Below are positions 45,800 to 54,680 of a DNA stretch of 54,818 nt, piece by piece. A program made the position numbers and the translations under genes. Each line of letters starts with the position of its first letter. Position 1 is the stretch's first letter. The notes under the pieces are model-generated. The model was not told the origin of the DNA. It searched no databases and saw nothing but the letters and a program-made list of their open reading frames with translations. This DNA is from a virus. Taxonomy: Duplodnaviria > Caudoviricetes. The DNA is taken from the IMG/VR virus record IMGVR_UViG_3300046495_000001, positions 1 through 54,818 of that record; one strand, written 5' to 3'.

Positions 45800-46759
45800 T
45801 TACTTCTCCGTCTTCAAAAGTTCAGCAGCGTACTGCTGGTTAGTCAAACCAAAACGTTTTGCCAGTGCCACTTGCGTGGCGGTCAAAGTTACCTTCCGGG
45901 GGGTTGTGACACGGGTCGCTGGTGCAACCACTGTGCTTTGCCGTTCCGTTCCAGCCTTCGGTTTGAACCTCGTCGGAAAAGTCTGGCGCATTGCTGCGTC
46001 GATCTGCGAGTAATACTCGTCGGTTCGGGTGTACCCCTCGCCATTTTTCTTAACCAGTTTCTGGTGCAGCCCCAACGCAAAGCCGGTCATCGCTTCGTCA
46101 CCGCCTTCACCGAACCATTTATTACGAGCTAACCAAGTTTTGGTTTTCGTATCCAGATTCGGGGCAGCGGCTGGTGCCTGTTGTTGCGACTCTACAACAG
46201 TTTCTTGCGCTTGTGAAGAGGGGCGGAAGTTATCTATCTGATTTTTCCGCATCTGAGCTTCATTCAACTCAGCCTGCGCTTCCACAATAGCGTCCGTGTC
46301 AAAGGCTTCGTGCGCCGCCTTGAGCTTCGCTTTGGCCTCCTGCACCGACTTGTCAGCCACCGCCTTGGTCTGGTTTGCAAGCACCTCGGCACCCTTGATG
46401 TACTGGCCGCGCATGGATTCGCGCTCAGCCAGCGCAGTCTTGGCGACCCGCTGCAGTTCTTCGTTCTCGCGCATGAGCGCATCCGCACGGCGGCGTTCAT
46501 CGTGGCGCGCGTGGGTCAGCTTCTTGATGCGATCCTGCACCTTGCCTGAGTATTCTTTCAACTCGTCGTCGGTCGGGTCATCGACGGGGGTGTCCAGCGC
46601 GGGGCGGCCCTTGTCTTCGTCCGGGGTGTCATCGACTACCTCGATCTCGACCTCGTCGCCCAAGTCCACCTCGAACTCAGTACCGGTGGAGTCATCAGCC
46701 GCGCTCTGGGCGTCATCCTCGTCGGGGAATGTAAATTCGTCTTCGTTTGCTTTTGGCAT
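45800..46759 (-). CDS. Scaffolding protein
   Basis: Acidic N-terminus, coiled coil, W..RN.WFG, C-terminal LT..QVALAKRFG.....YA. Confidence 0.75.
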   Translation of the reverse strand: MPKANEDEFTFPDEDDAQSAADDSTGTEFEVDLGDEVEIEVVDDTPDEDKGRPALDTPVDDPTDDELKEYSGKVQDRIKKLTHARHDERRRADALMRENEELQRVAKTALAERESMRGQYIKGAEVLANQTKAVADKSVQEAKAKLKAAHEAFDTDAIVEAQAELNEAQMRKNQIDNFRPSSQAQETVVESQQQAPAAAPNLDTKTKTWLARNKWFGEGGDEAMTGFALGLHQKLVKKNGEGYTRTDEYYSQIDAAMRQTFPTRFKPKAGTERQSTVVAPATRVTTPRKVTLTATQVALAKRFGLTNQQYAAELLKTEK

Positions 46760-46769
46760 TACGTGCTCC

Positions 46770-47195
46770 TTATCCTGCGCGGCTCACGCCACGGGGGTCT
46801 TCGATGGTTGCATCCACCTGATCGTCATTGATCAGACGGAACTCTTTGCCGAACAGCTTGATGCGGGTGCCCGCGTAGGCACGCACAATGATGAAGTCGC
46901 CTTCCTTGCACCATGGGCCGGATGGGAATTTCTTCTCATCTTTGTAGGCGTCGGGGCCAACTTTCAGCACGAACAGGGTGTGCGAGGTCTGTTCCTCCGC
47001 ACTTTTAACCATGTCCGCTTTCACGATCCCCGTGCCGTCAAACGTTTCTTTGGCGGGTGGAACCATGCACAGCAGCTTGTAGCCAGTGGGGTCGGGGACA
47101 ACCTTAGCTTTCTGTTCATCGGTCGCGTCAGGCTCGGGGGCCGACAACGCTTCGATTGCAGGCAGGGCGAAGACGCCCGGAGTCAGGATGGTCAT
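46770..47195 (-). CDS. groES: GroES-like co-chaperonin
   Basis: PTGYKLL...GIV...VLKVGPDAY...KEGD.I....YAGT......EFRLINDD. Confidence 0.85.
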   Translation of the reverse strand: MTILTPGVFALPAIEALSAPEPDATDEQKAKVVPDPTGYKLLCMVPPAKETFDGTGIVKADMVKSAEEQTSHTLFVLKVGPDAYKDEKKFPSGPWCKEGDFIIVRAYAGTRIKLFGKEFRLINDDQVDATIEDPRGVSRAG

Positions 47196-47257
47196 GTTTT
47201 CACTTTCAAGCACAGCATACCGGCTGAGACGGGGCAGAGCCAACCTGCCAAAAGGGG

Positions 47258-47458
47258 CTAATCAATGTTTTCGTTCGCCTTGCGAAGACGGTCTTCCACG
47301 TCTTCGATCACCAGCAGCGCTACCTGCAAGCCACGAATAATGCCGCGCACACGCTGATCTTCATCGCGCGACGGCGTGCCGCGCACCAAGTTCTGGGTGT
47401 GACTTTCTATCTGTTCATCCAACTGACGACGTTGGAAGTTGAGTGCGTCGAGGATCAT
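47258..47458 (-). CDS. Small hypothetical protein
   Basis: Helical protein with G.IRGL motif, following the portal. Confidence 0.65.
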   Translation of the reverse strand: MILDALNFQRRQLDEQIESHTQNLVRGTPSRDEDQRVRGIIRGLQVALLVIEDVEDRLRKANENID

Positions 47459-47460
47459 GA

Positions 47461-50067
47461 TTATTCAGCGCCGGGGATGGGCGGCGGTGTAGGTGCCGGT
47501 GGGGGCGGGGGGTTAACGGCCATCTGGGTCGTCGCAGCTTCATGCCCAAGGCGGATGCCCTGTGCGCTTAGTTCGGCCAACTGCATCATCTTCTCGTCTT
47601 CATGCTTTGCACGCGCGAGTTCTTCGCGGTCGGCGGCCACGGCGATGTCGGCCTGCTGCTTCTGACCCTTCAGGGCAATCTCCTTGTCCTTCTGGTCGAG
47701 CTTGCGTAGCTCCAACTGCATGGCCGGGTCTTGCATCTGCGCTTGGGCAGCCTGCTGGGCAGCCATCTTCTGGTTCATCGCCAGCGACTGCTGGGCAGCT
47801 TGGGCCAAGAGCGGGGCCAAGTCGTGCTCGGTCTGCGCATCCATCGGCTCGTCCGGGTTGGGCAGGGGCATACCCAACTGCTGGCATATCTGCATGCGGT
47901 AGGAGAACGCAGCGTGCTCGGCCACGTGGGACATGAGCGCGGCTTGGATAGCTTGGGCCTGTGGGTTCTGACCGATGGCGGCCTGAATCTTGGGGTCTTG
48001 CAGCAGCGACTGGTGAACGGCCAAGTGGGCGTCGTGATCCTGACCGATGAACGCCTTGACCGGCTTCATGTTGATCAGGTTCATATTCTCCGTCACCGGA
48101 TCGACTGGGATCATGTCTTCCGGCAGGGGCACTAGCTTGGCTGCGTTCTTGATGCCGATCACGTCCAGCATTTCGCGGTGCACCATGGCGATGTTGTACA
48201 CCTGTGGCGCGGTCTGGGCCATCTGCATGACGGCCTGATACTGGATCACGCGCTGGCTCATGGTCGTGGCGTTGGGGTCGCTCACCGGGATGATGTCAAC
48301 CATCTCGAAGTCGCTCTTGCGCGCGCGGCGCACGCCAACCTCTGGCTCGAAGTCGTAGTCGTCGGCCGCATCGTCACGAATGATCCCCGCGATCAGCTTC
48401 AACTCCTGCTTGAGCGAGAAGTGGCAGCGGGCCTGCACAGCCGACATCACCTTCAACGAACGCTCAAGAATAGCCAGCGTGGTGCCCACGGGCGCGGTGG
48501 CCCCCATCTCAGAGATGTCCAAGTCGGCGGTTGATGCGAAGCGCTGGCCCTGCTCGATGATCTTGTCCAGCAGTGCGGACAGTACGGCGGACGGCTCTTT
48601 GTACGGCAGCACCATCACGTTGTCTTTAATCGGGCCTGACCCGACATCCACGTCGCGGAACTCACCCGGTGCGATGGGCGTGTCTTCACCTTTGATGCGC
48701 AGCCCGCGAGACTTCAGTCCCCCCGGAAGGTTCGAGAGGGTGCCAGAGTCAACCAACTGACGAAGTATGGAAGTTGCACTCTTAGCATATCCTCCGACCA
48801 AGTGTATGAGCCCATAGCCGTACGCACCGAATCCCGGAACGTAATCATACTGAACGAAATGCTGTCGTTTGAGGAACAGTGGGTCGCCTTTGCGCCAGTT
48901 TCTGCGGATAGCCAAGACATCGTTCGTTCCTTTCACCATGGTCAGCACGTACGAGCGGGGCTGGGGTTTACCCGTAGTAACAGTCACGTCCACCTCGACC
49001 GTCACGCCGCCGTCGTTCGTCTCATCACCGTCTTCATCACCCTCGGACTCACTGGCATCCTCGCCGCCCTCGGGCACGTACTCGTCCTGCTCATGGTCAG
49101 GGTCGTCTTCGCTGCCTTCGATGTCGGCTGCGTCCAGCGCCGGGAACGTATCGTCCGGGTCGGCCGAGGAAGTGGCGTTTGCCATGGGGTCGTATTCGGA
49201 CAAGTCCAAATCTACGATCACCTCGTACAACTCCGGGCGCACGTCGTTGAGCGCCTGCACGCCCGTGGCCCTGTCCTTGGCTTCCTGAATGTCGGTGGTC
49301 GAACCGGCCGCTTCCTGCACGTCCATGGTGCGGTAGAAGCCTGCAGCCATCAGGCTCTCGATGTCCAGCTTGGTCTTGCGCATGAACTGGGTCATACGGT
49401 TGGTGGTGCGTACGTTGGTCGTGCCGTAGGGCAGGATGATCTCTTCAGCGGCCACCATCAGGGAAATCTGGCGACCCAGCGTCGGGTCGAAGTACACCTT
49501 CTTGAACACGCACCCGGCCATCGGCAGGTGCCACATGGCGCGCTCATGCTCCGATCGAAACTCTTCCATGACCTCGGTCAACTGGTAGTTCATGTCCTCT
49601 TCGACACGCTGGGCGGCCTGCTTCTTGGTGGGCGTCTCTTTGCCGATGATCTTGGTACGCACCGGGCCACCGGCCGGGAACGTCTCGGTGACCATCTCCG
49701 CTTGGAAGCGTACGACTGCCTCGGTGATCATGGGGTGCACTACCCCGCAGGCACCATCCCACGGCTCGGTGCGATCCTCCATCTTCAGGCCCAGCAGCTT
49801 GACGCCCTCTTTGTACGTCATCTCCCAATCAGAGCGCGCGGCCAAGTCCATCTGAATCTCGGCGTCGAGGTCAGCGGCAATGGCGCGCAGCTTGTCATCA
49901 GGGATGAACTCAGCCAGATTCTCGTCATGATCTTGGCCCGCCTTTTCTTCTTCGGGAGACTCCTGCGCCTCCCCCTCTTCGTCTACCTCGGGCATTTCTA
50001 TGTCAATCGGTTCTTCTTCGGTATCTGCGATGCCTTGGGGGGCTTGGGAGGTGCTTTTTGAGAACAT
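47461..50067 (-). CDS. Portal protein
   Basis: H.ENLAE, R.DWE, EPW.GACGV.HP, E.FP..GPV, FKKVY, LRQLVD.GTLSNLPGG, Q-rich tail. Follows the terminase. Confidence 0.9.
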   Translation of the reverse strand: MFSKSTSQAPQGIADTEEEPIDIEMPEVDEEGEAQESPEEEKAGQDHDENLAEFIPDDKLRAIAADLDAEIQMDLAARSDWEMTYKEGVKLLGLKMEDRTEPWDGACGVVHPMITEAVVRFQAEMVTETFPAGGPVRTKIIGKETPTKKQAAQRVEEDMNYQLTEVMEEFRSEHERAMWHLPMAGCVFKKVYFDPTLGRQISLMVAAEEIILPYGTTNVRTTNRMTQFMRKTKLDIESLMAAGFYRTMDVQEAAGSTTDIQEAKDRATGVQALNDVRPELYEVIVDLDLSEYDPMANATSSADPDDTFPALDAADIEGSEDDPDHEQDEYVPEGGEDASESEGDEDGDETNDGGVTVEVDVTVTTGKPQPRSYVLTMVKGTNDVLAIRRNWRKGDPLFLKRQHFVQYDYVPGFGAYGYGLIHLVGGYAKSATSILRQLVDSGTLSNLPGGLKSRGLRIKGEDTPIAPGEFRDVDVGSGPIKDNVMVLPYKEPSAVLSALLDKIIEQGQRFASTADLDISEMGATAPVGTTLAILERSLKVMSAVQARCHFSLKQELKLIAGIIRDDAADDYDFEPEVGVRRARKSDFEMVDIIPVSDPNATTMSQRVIQYQAVMQMAQTAPQVYNIAMVHREMLDVIGIKNAAKLVPLPEDMIPVDPVTENMNLINMKPVKAFIGQDHDAHLAVHQSLLQDPKIQAAIGQNPQAQAIQAALMSHVAEHAAFSYRMQICQQLGMPLPNPDEPMDAQTEHDLAPLLAQAAQQSLAMNQKMAAQQAAQAQMQDPAMQLELRKLDQKDKEIALKGQKQQADIAVAADREELARAKHEDEKMMQLAELSAQGIRLGHEAATTQMAVNPPPPPAPTPPPIPGAE

Positions 50068-50075
50068 GATTTACC

Positions 50076-51611
50076 CTAATAGTAGGCGGCGCGACGGCGC
50101 ACAACGCGCTCATTATCGTCGTTTTCGTCAGATTTCAAGCGTATGAATCCACCTTGGCGGAACCGCATAAGCGCCTGTGAGGCCGTGTCCACCATTTCAT
50201 CGTGCTCGCCGTTGGGAAACTCCGCAATCTCGTCCACCACCTCTTGTGCCCAGCGGGTGTCGGGCCGCCAGACCATACCAGATGCGAAGATGTCGGCCAC
50301 GGAATTAAGCCGAACACGCTTGTCCGCACCTCGGCTCGGCGTGTACTCCTGAACCGGTATACCGATAGCGCGAAGTTCTTGGATGAGCGGAGCGCCTGCT
50401 GCTTTCTTTTCAATGATGACACTGTCAGGCTCCCATTCCTTGTAATAGTCGAGCGCAAACTTCTTCAAAGCGGGGAATTCCTTGCGGCCCTTCCACGCAT
50501 CGAGCAGGATTAGCTGGTCTTGGTTGTCGTCTTCATTGAAGAAAATGCCCCAAGTTTGGACTCCAGAGGGGTCGGCCGAGTCGTTTTGACCGTGCGCAGT
50601 GTCCCAACTTTGCATCAAAAAGTCGCATTTTGGGGGCTTTTCATGGGGCCAAATGCGCCACCATTCGCGTTTTACGAGCGCTCCTTCCTCACTTGTGGGC
50701 TCCTGCATGTACTGCGCGGCCCAAAACTGGGGGAACATACCTGCTTTTTTCGCCAAAAGTTGGTCAATCGGCCACTGTTCAGGCCAAAGTGACACCGTTG
50801 TGTCCACTCCACCCCGTTTTACGTCCATCAAAGCAGGAAAACGCACCTCTTTCCACGGCGTGGAGTCACTATTCTGCTCTGCCCACTGCAAGGCACGGCC
50901 GATTGGGTCTTTTTTACCCCACCGCGTGCCGATCATGATGATTTTCCCGTTTGGCATGAGCCGCTGCAGCGGGCCTACCTGCATGTATTCCCACGCTTGC
51001 GCGAAAGTCTTGTCAGGATCGGAGGAAAGTACCGCCTGCTCTGATACCAAGTCATCCCCGATAAGTAAATCGGCACCGTGACCTGCCACGTTTGCCCCGA
51101 TACCAATCGCAAGATACTTGCCACCCAGCGTTGTGCTCCAGTTAGAAGCCGCGCTCTTGTCGCGCGCCACCACTGTGTCGGGGAATATCTCATGGTAGAC
51201 CTCAGAGTCCAGAAGATTGCGCACCTTGCGCCCGAAGTCGGCTGACAAGTCAGCGGTGTGGGTCACCATCATGATCTGGTGCCGGGGGAAGTGGCCCAAA
51301 TACCATGCCACGAACAGGTAGGCGATGGTTTCACTCTTGCCAAAGCGTGGGGGCATGCTCACCGTCAGGCGCGGTTCGGTGTTGTCCTTGAGTCCGTGCA
51401 GCAGCGGCTTCATATGCCGGTGGTGCGGCCCCTCTTTGAAGTTCGGGTACACGCGGTGTGCAAACTTCAAAAAATCTACGCGCGCTTCTTCCACTTGCTT
51501 GCGCTGCTCCAGCACTTCGAGATCGTCCAGCAGAGCACACTGTTCCGACGTTGACATCGTGTGCAGGTTTGCCAGTAGCAACTGGATGTCGCTCTCAGTG
51601 AGCGTCTGCAC
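50076..51611 (-). CDS. terL: Terminase large subunit
   Basis: Walker A MPPRFGKS, Walker B LLIGDD, GTRW, QSWDTA, IEKKAAG, FPNGEHDEMVD. GTG start inferred. Confidence 0.92.
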   Translation of the reverse strand: MQTLTESDIQLLLANLHTMSTSEQCALLDDLEVLEQRKQVEEARVDFLKFAHRVYPNFKEGPHHRHMKPLLHGLKDNTEPRLTVSMPPRFGKSETIAYLFVAWYLGHFPRHQIMMVTHTADLSADFGRKVRNLLDSEVYHEIFPDTVVARDKSAASNWSTTLGGKYLAIGIGANVAGHGADLLIGDDLVSEQAVLSSDPDKTFAQAWEYMQVGPLQRLMPNGKIIMIGTRWGKKDPIGRALQWAEQNSDSTPWKEVRFPALMDVKRGGVDTTVSLWPEQWPIDQLLAKKAGMFPQFWAAQYMQEPTSEEGALVKREWWRIWPHEKPPKCDFLMQSWDTAHGQNDSADPSGVQTWGIFFNEDDNQDQLILLDAWKGRKEFPALKKFALDYYKEWEPDSVIIEKKAAGAPLIQELRAIGIPVQEYTPSRGADKRVRLNSVADIFASGMVWRPDTRWAQEVVDEIAEFPNGEHDEMVDTASQALMRFRQGGFIRLKSDENDDNERVVRRRAAYY

Positions 51612-52203
51612 TGCGTTTCTTTCCAAGGTGTGCGGTAGCCATGCGCGCGCGCGACTCTGCACTAAACTTGACACCCCAGTTTGGGCCGTGCTCGCCGGGG
51701 GCTAGCGGCTTTCTATAGTTCGTCCCTGCGTTTGCTGCCGCGATTTTGGCACGGTGTTCTGCCGACTTAGGCCTACCTTTTCCAGCCGCCGACATCTTGG
51801 CACGTGCTTCTGCTGTCGGCACTCTACCGGTAGATGCGACACGTACCTTCTCTCGCATCTCTGCGCTGAACGGGCGCGAACGACTAGCTTCTGCGAGGCG
51901 CGCGCGATGCTCTGTACTGAAGTTCATGCCAGAAAGCCCCTCGCCGCCGTCGGTAAGATTCACCAACGGGGCTTTTATGTCCCGAAAACACTGGATCAGG
52001 AACCGCTCATGCGCAAAGGCATCTGCCTCCACTGAAAAGCGCATGCATACTTCCACGGTATACCCGTGCTTTTCCGCAACACGTTTCCAGAAAATACTAC
52101 GGCCTTTAGCGCAGTGTGCACGTCCGTGGCGCGCTGTACCCTTGCCGACGTAGAAGACCTTCCCGTCATCGGCCCTCATGTGGACGTAGGTGTAGAAGTT
52201 CAC
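51595..52203 (-). CDS. GIY-YIG homing endonuclease with NUMOD3-like repeats
   Basis: FYTYVH...FYVGKG...R...E...I...LVNLTDGGEG, then repeated S.E.RAK.S units. GTG overlaps the upstream TGA. Confidence 0.85.
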   Translation of the reverse strand: MNFYTYVHMRADDGKVFYVGKGTARHGRAHCAKGRSIFWKRVAEKHGYTVEVCMRFSVEADAFAHERFLIQCFRDIKAPLVNLTDGGEGLSGMNFSTEHRARLAEASRSRPFSAEMREKVRVASTGRVPTAEARAKMSAAGKGRPKSAEHRAKIAAANAGTNYRKPLAPGEHGPNWGVKFSAESRARMATAHLGKKRSADAH

Positions 52204-52466
52204 CTCTTGGTCGCCCGATTCGTTTTCGGGTCGTACTTGAAATAGCTTGTGGGCAGCCCTGTGCGTTTGGCTTCCCGGTCTTTGGCGCGCTCGGCTGCGG
52301 TCATCGCGTTGCGGGCGGCACCCTCCTTCGTCCACGTGCCTTGAGGTGTCATGTGGCCTCGTTTGATCAGGATGGCCTTGGCCTCTTCCTTGGAGCCGAC
52401 TTGGGCTGCCAGCCTGTCCAGCATCTGGCCTGCGCCCATGAAAGCCTGCGTTGACTGCTTAACCAC
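52200..52466 (-). CDS. Hypothetical protein
   Basis: RL..QVG...A..IL.KRGH...MTA.ERA.DR...Y...TNRAT. Confidence 0.65.
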   Translation of the reverse strand: MVKQSTQAFMGAGQMLDRLAAQVGSKEEAKAILIKRGHMTPQGTWTKEGAARNAMTAAERAKDREAKRTGLPTSYFKYDPKTNRATKR

Positions 52467-52884
52467 GGCGTGCGAGCCCCCAACCCCTGCGCTTCACAAG
52501 GCCGCCTTTGCGGTAGCTTGGCATCCCGGTGTCATCCGTAAGGGAAGAAGAGTAGGGGTCGCTCCCAACGGCATCCATAGGGTCAGCCACGGCCGGTCGG
52601 CGTGAGGCTGCGGGGGTAACGGGGGCGTTGGCTGTAGCGGGGTCGGTAGCATCGCTGGGCGGATTAAAGGGGGCTGCCGGGGGCGTTGTCAAAGGTTGTC
52701 TCTGCCCCGATGAGGGTGACGGTGGCATCGATGCGGGCTGCGCTCCACGGCTCAGCGCCCCCCGCATGAACTTCTGCCGTGGCAAGTTCGGTGGTGCCGG
52801 AGGCTTCACGTTGCGCGTCTTTAGCGCCACGGTTGACGTAGGTGGTGGGGGTGCCGCCTTCGGGGCTTTGAGATTGCTGCTCAT
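52459..52884 (-). CDS. Pro-rich protein ending in the GG/RGWG motif
   Basis: C-terminus YRKGGLVKRRGWGLARRG. Confidence 0.6.
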   Translation of the reverse strand: MSSNLKAPKAAPPPPTSTVALKTRNVKPPAPPNLPRQKFMRGALSRGAQPASMPPSPSSGQRQPLTTPPAAPFNPPSDATDPATANAPVTPAASRRPAVADPMDAVGSDPYSSSLTDDTGMPSYRKGGLVKRRGWGLARRG

Positions 52885-52890
52885 CGCGGC

Positions 52891-53076
52891 CTAGCACTTG
52901 CCGCCCTTTTTGAAGGCAGGGCCGCTGGTCTTGGTAGCGAACGGGTTCACTTTGGCACCGGGGGCTGTCATGCCGGGAGCCTTACCTGCGGGTGCTTTGG
53001 GTGTCGGGCCGCCCTTGGCGGGGATGCCTTTGGGGGCAGCAGACTTTGCAAATGGGTTTACGCCTTTGGTTGCCAT
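52891..53076 (-). CDS. Small basic protein
   Basis: VNPFA occurs twice, ends FKKGGKC. Confidence 0.6.
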   Translation of the reverse strand: MATKGVNPFAKSAAPKGIPAKGGPTPKAPAGKAPGMTAPGAKVNPFATKTSGPAFKKGGKC

Positions 53077-53085
53077 GGTGCTCTT

Positions 53086-53649
53086 TCAGTTTGGTTTGGG
53101 GATTACCGTTTCTACCTCAACTACCTTCGGTAGTAAAGCGGAAAGTTTGGTGCGCAGGCGTTCTTCCAGTTCAGCGAACGAAGTTTCCTTCTTGGTGATC
53201 TCGATGCGCTCAGTGAAGCTGCCCACCTCGGTCAGACTACCGAGCATCTTGAGCGCGGCCAAGCGTATGCGAGCGTCTGGGTGGGTCGTCTCTTCCATGG
53301 TCTTGGCAACCACGTAGCCACGAAGCTCCTTGGCCTGCTCGACATAATCCCAGTCGTACTGCGTGAGCATCCCGGCCAGATGTTTGATCGCGTGCGGCAC
53401 CCGCAGGGTGAGGGCACTGGCCTTCTTTTCCTTGTCACTTAAATCAAGCGTTGTGATCTTCCCAAACACCTCGCGCACCTGCTGGGCGTGTACCTCGTCG
53501 ATCAAGTGCTCCGGGCTACCCATGCGCGTGAGGAAATCGCTGGCCGTGTTTGCCTGCGCCGCCAAAACGTCGGTGGTACTGGCGTCATCGAGGTCGAGAA
53601 AGTCGGCCGGATTCAGCTTGGTGATGTGCTCGAAAATGTGCGGGGTCAT
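53086..53649 (-). CDS. Probable terminase small subunit
   Basis: First large gene of the late operon. LR.YV..K..EE....D..IRL.AL..LG....V..F.E helical pattern. Confidence 0.55.
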   Translation of the reverse strand: MTPHIFEHITKLNPADFLDLDDASTTDVLAAQANTASDFLTRMGSPEHLIDEVHAQQVREVFGKITTLDLSDKEKKASALTLRVPHAIKHLAGMLTQYDWDYVEQAKELRGYVVAKTMEETTHPDARIRLAALKMLGSLTEVGSFTERIEITKKETSFAELEERLRTKLSALLPKVVEVETVIPKPN

Positions 53650-53732
53650 GAATATGTCCGTGTCGCCGTCTTCGTTGACGGCTCGCTCGTATGATATACT
53701 TCCTGTGGCGCTGCAGCAACAGTTGCCTCCAT
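53646..53732 (-). CDS. Possible 28-aa leader peptide coupled to terS
   Basis: GGGAG SD, MEATVAAAP...TYS*, ATGA overlap with the terS start. Confidence 0.3.
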   Translation of the reverse strand: MEATVAAAPQEVYHTSEPSTKTATRTYS

Positions 53733-53805
53733 GTCGTCTCCCTGATCGGATGGGTTGCTCCCTCCACTTGATCCCCCGCGCTGCGAAGTCCGGGGGATTT
53801 TTTTT
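53706..53805 (+). ncRNA. Candidate small antisense RNA
   Basis: TGATATACT extended -10 at 53692-53700, terminator at 53771-53805, no credible ORF between them. Confidence 0.45.
53771..53805 (+). terminator. Rho-independent terminator
   Basis: ATCCCCCG...CGGGGGAT stem plus T-run. Confidence 0.7.
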
Positions 53806-54071
53806 GAAATTTTTTTGGCACCCCCTTGCAAAATGATCTAAGTCAATTAAAAACGTCGCGGCTTAAATTTGATAAAAATGAAAATTGGCTAGGACTTGCG
53901 CGGAACAGTGTTTAAACCACGGTGACCATGACCACTGTATAGGGCTGCCCCCGGAGGGGTGGGGTCTAAATGTCGTAGATATTGGATATGTACGCATGTC
54001 GTATATATACCCCCTTGGAGCATACTTCAGTTGTGACTAAGGCAGTGAGATGCCGAAGCACACAACCAACC

Positions 54072-54088
54072 GGGGAGAAGTTCTCCCC
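54072..54088. promoter_or_regulatory. 17-bp palindrome, copy 1
   Basis: GGGGAGAA-G-TTCTCCCC just upstream of the SD of the gene at 54108. Confidence 0.6.
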
Positions 54089-54107
54089 ACATCGGAGATT
54101 AGACATC

Positions 54108-54551
54108 ATGACTTTCAATGCATTTGAGAATGGTTCGACAATGGGTAAGATCGAGGCAACCGCCTTGGCTAACGGACACACTGCACACAATGTGTGGTGC
54201 ACACTGGATGACGACACAACAATGAAGATCGATTGGTGTGCAGGCTACGTAGTGTGCATGTTCAAGCTGCCTGAATCCAAGGCACGCGCATGGGCTGCAA
54301 TGACCCGCGTTGAGCGCACCGCTATCGCCGTGGTGCACGCCAAGGGCACGGGCAACGCTGAGAAGGTGTGGAATGCGGCAACGGCTGCATGGGGCTACCG
54401 CGTTGTGCGTGACAGTGACCGCGTACTCAAGGCTGACAGCACACCGGCAGCTGTCAAGCTGAGCAAGGCACAGCGCGCCGCGATCAAGGCGTGCATGGAA
54501 CTCGGTATCACCATGAAGATGTTCGGTCAAGGCGTTGCACTGCTCAAGTAA
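54108..54551 (+). CDS. Hypothetical (probably early) protein
   Basis: GGAG SD, first gene after the divergent intergenic region. Confidence 0.65.
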   Translation: MTFNAFENGSTMGKIEATALANGHTAHNVWCTLDDDTTMKIDWCAGYVVCMFKLPESKARAWAAMTRVERTAIAVVHAKGTGNAEKVWNAATAAWGYRVVRDSDRVLKADSTPAAVKLSKAQRAAIKACMELGITMKMFGQGVALLK

Positions 54552-54571
54552 TCTACGCTGTCGTACATAAC

Positions 54572-54588
54572 GGGGAGAAGTTCTCCCC
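54572..54588. promoter_or_regulatory. 17-bp palindrome, copy 2
   Basis: Identical to 54072-54088, intergenic. Confidence 0.6.
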
Positions 54589-54680
54589 GGTCACAGGCTG
54601 GCAGGGTTGCTGGCCTATTCCATTGCATCCGTCTGCACATTCACGTGCGGATCATTCAAAACTTTTCACTGGAGAATCAC

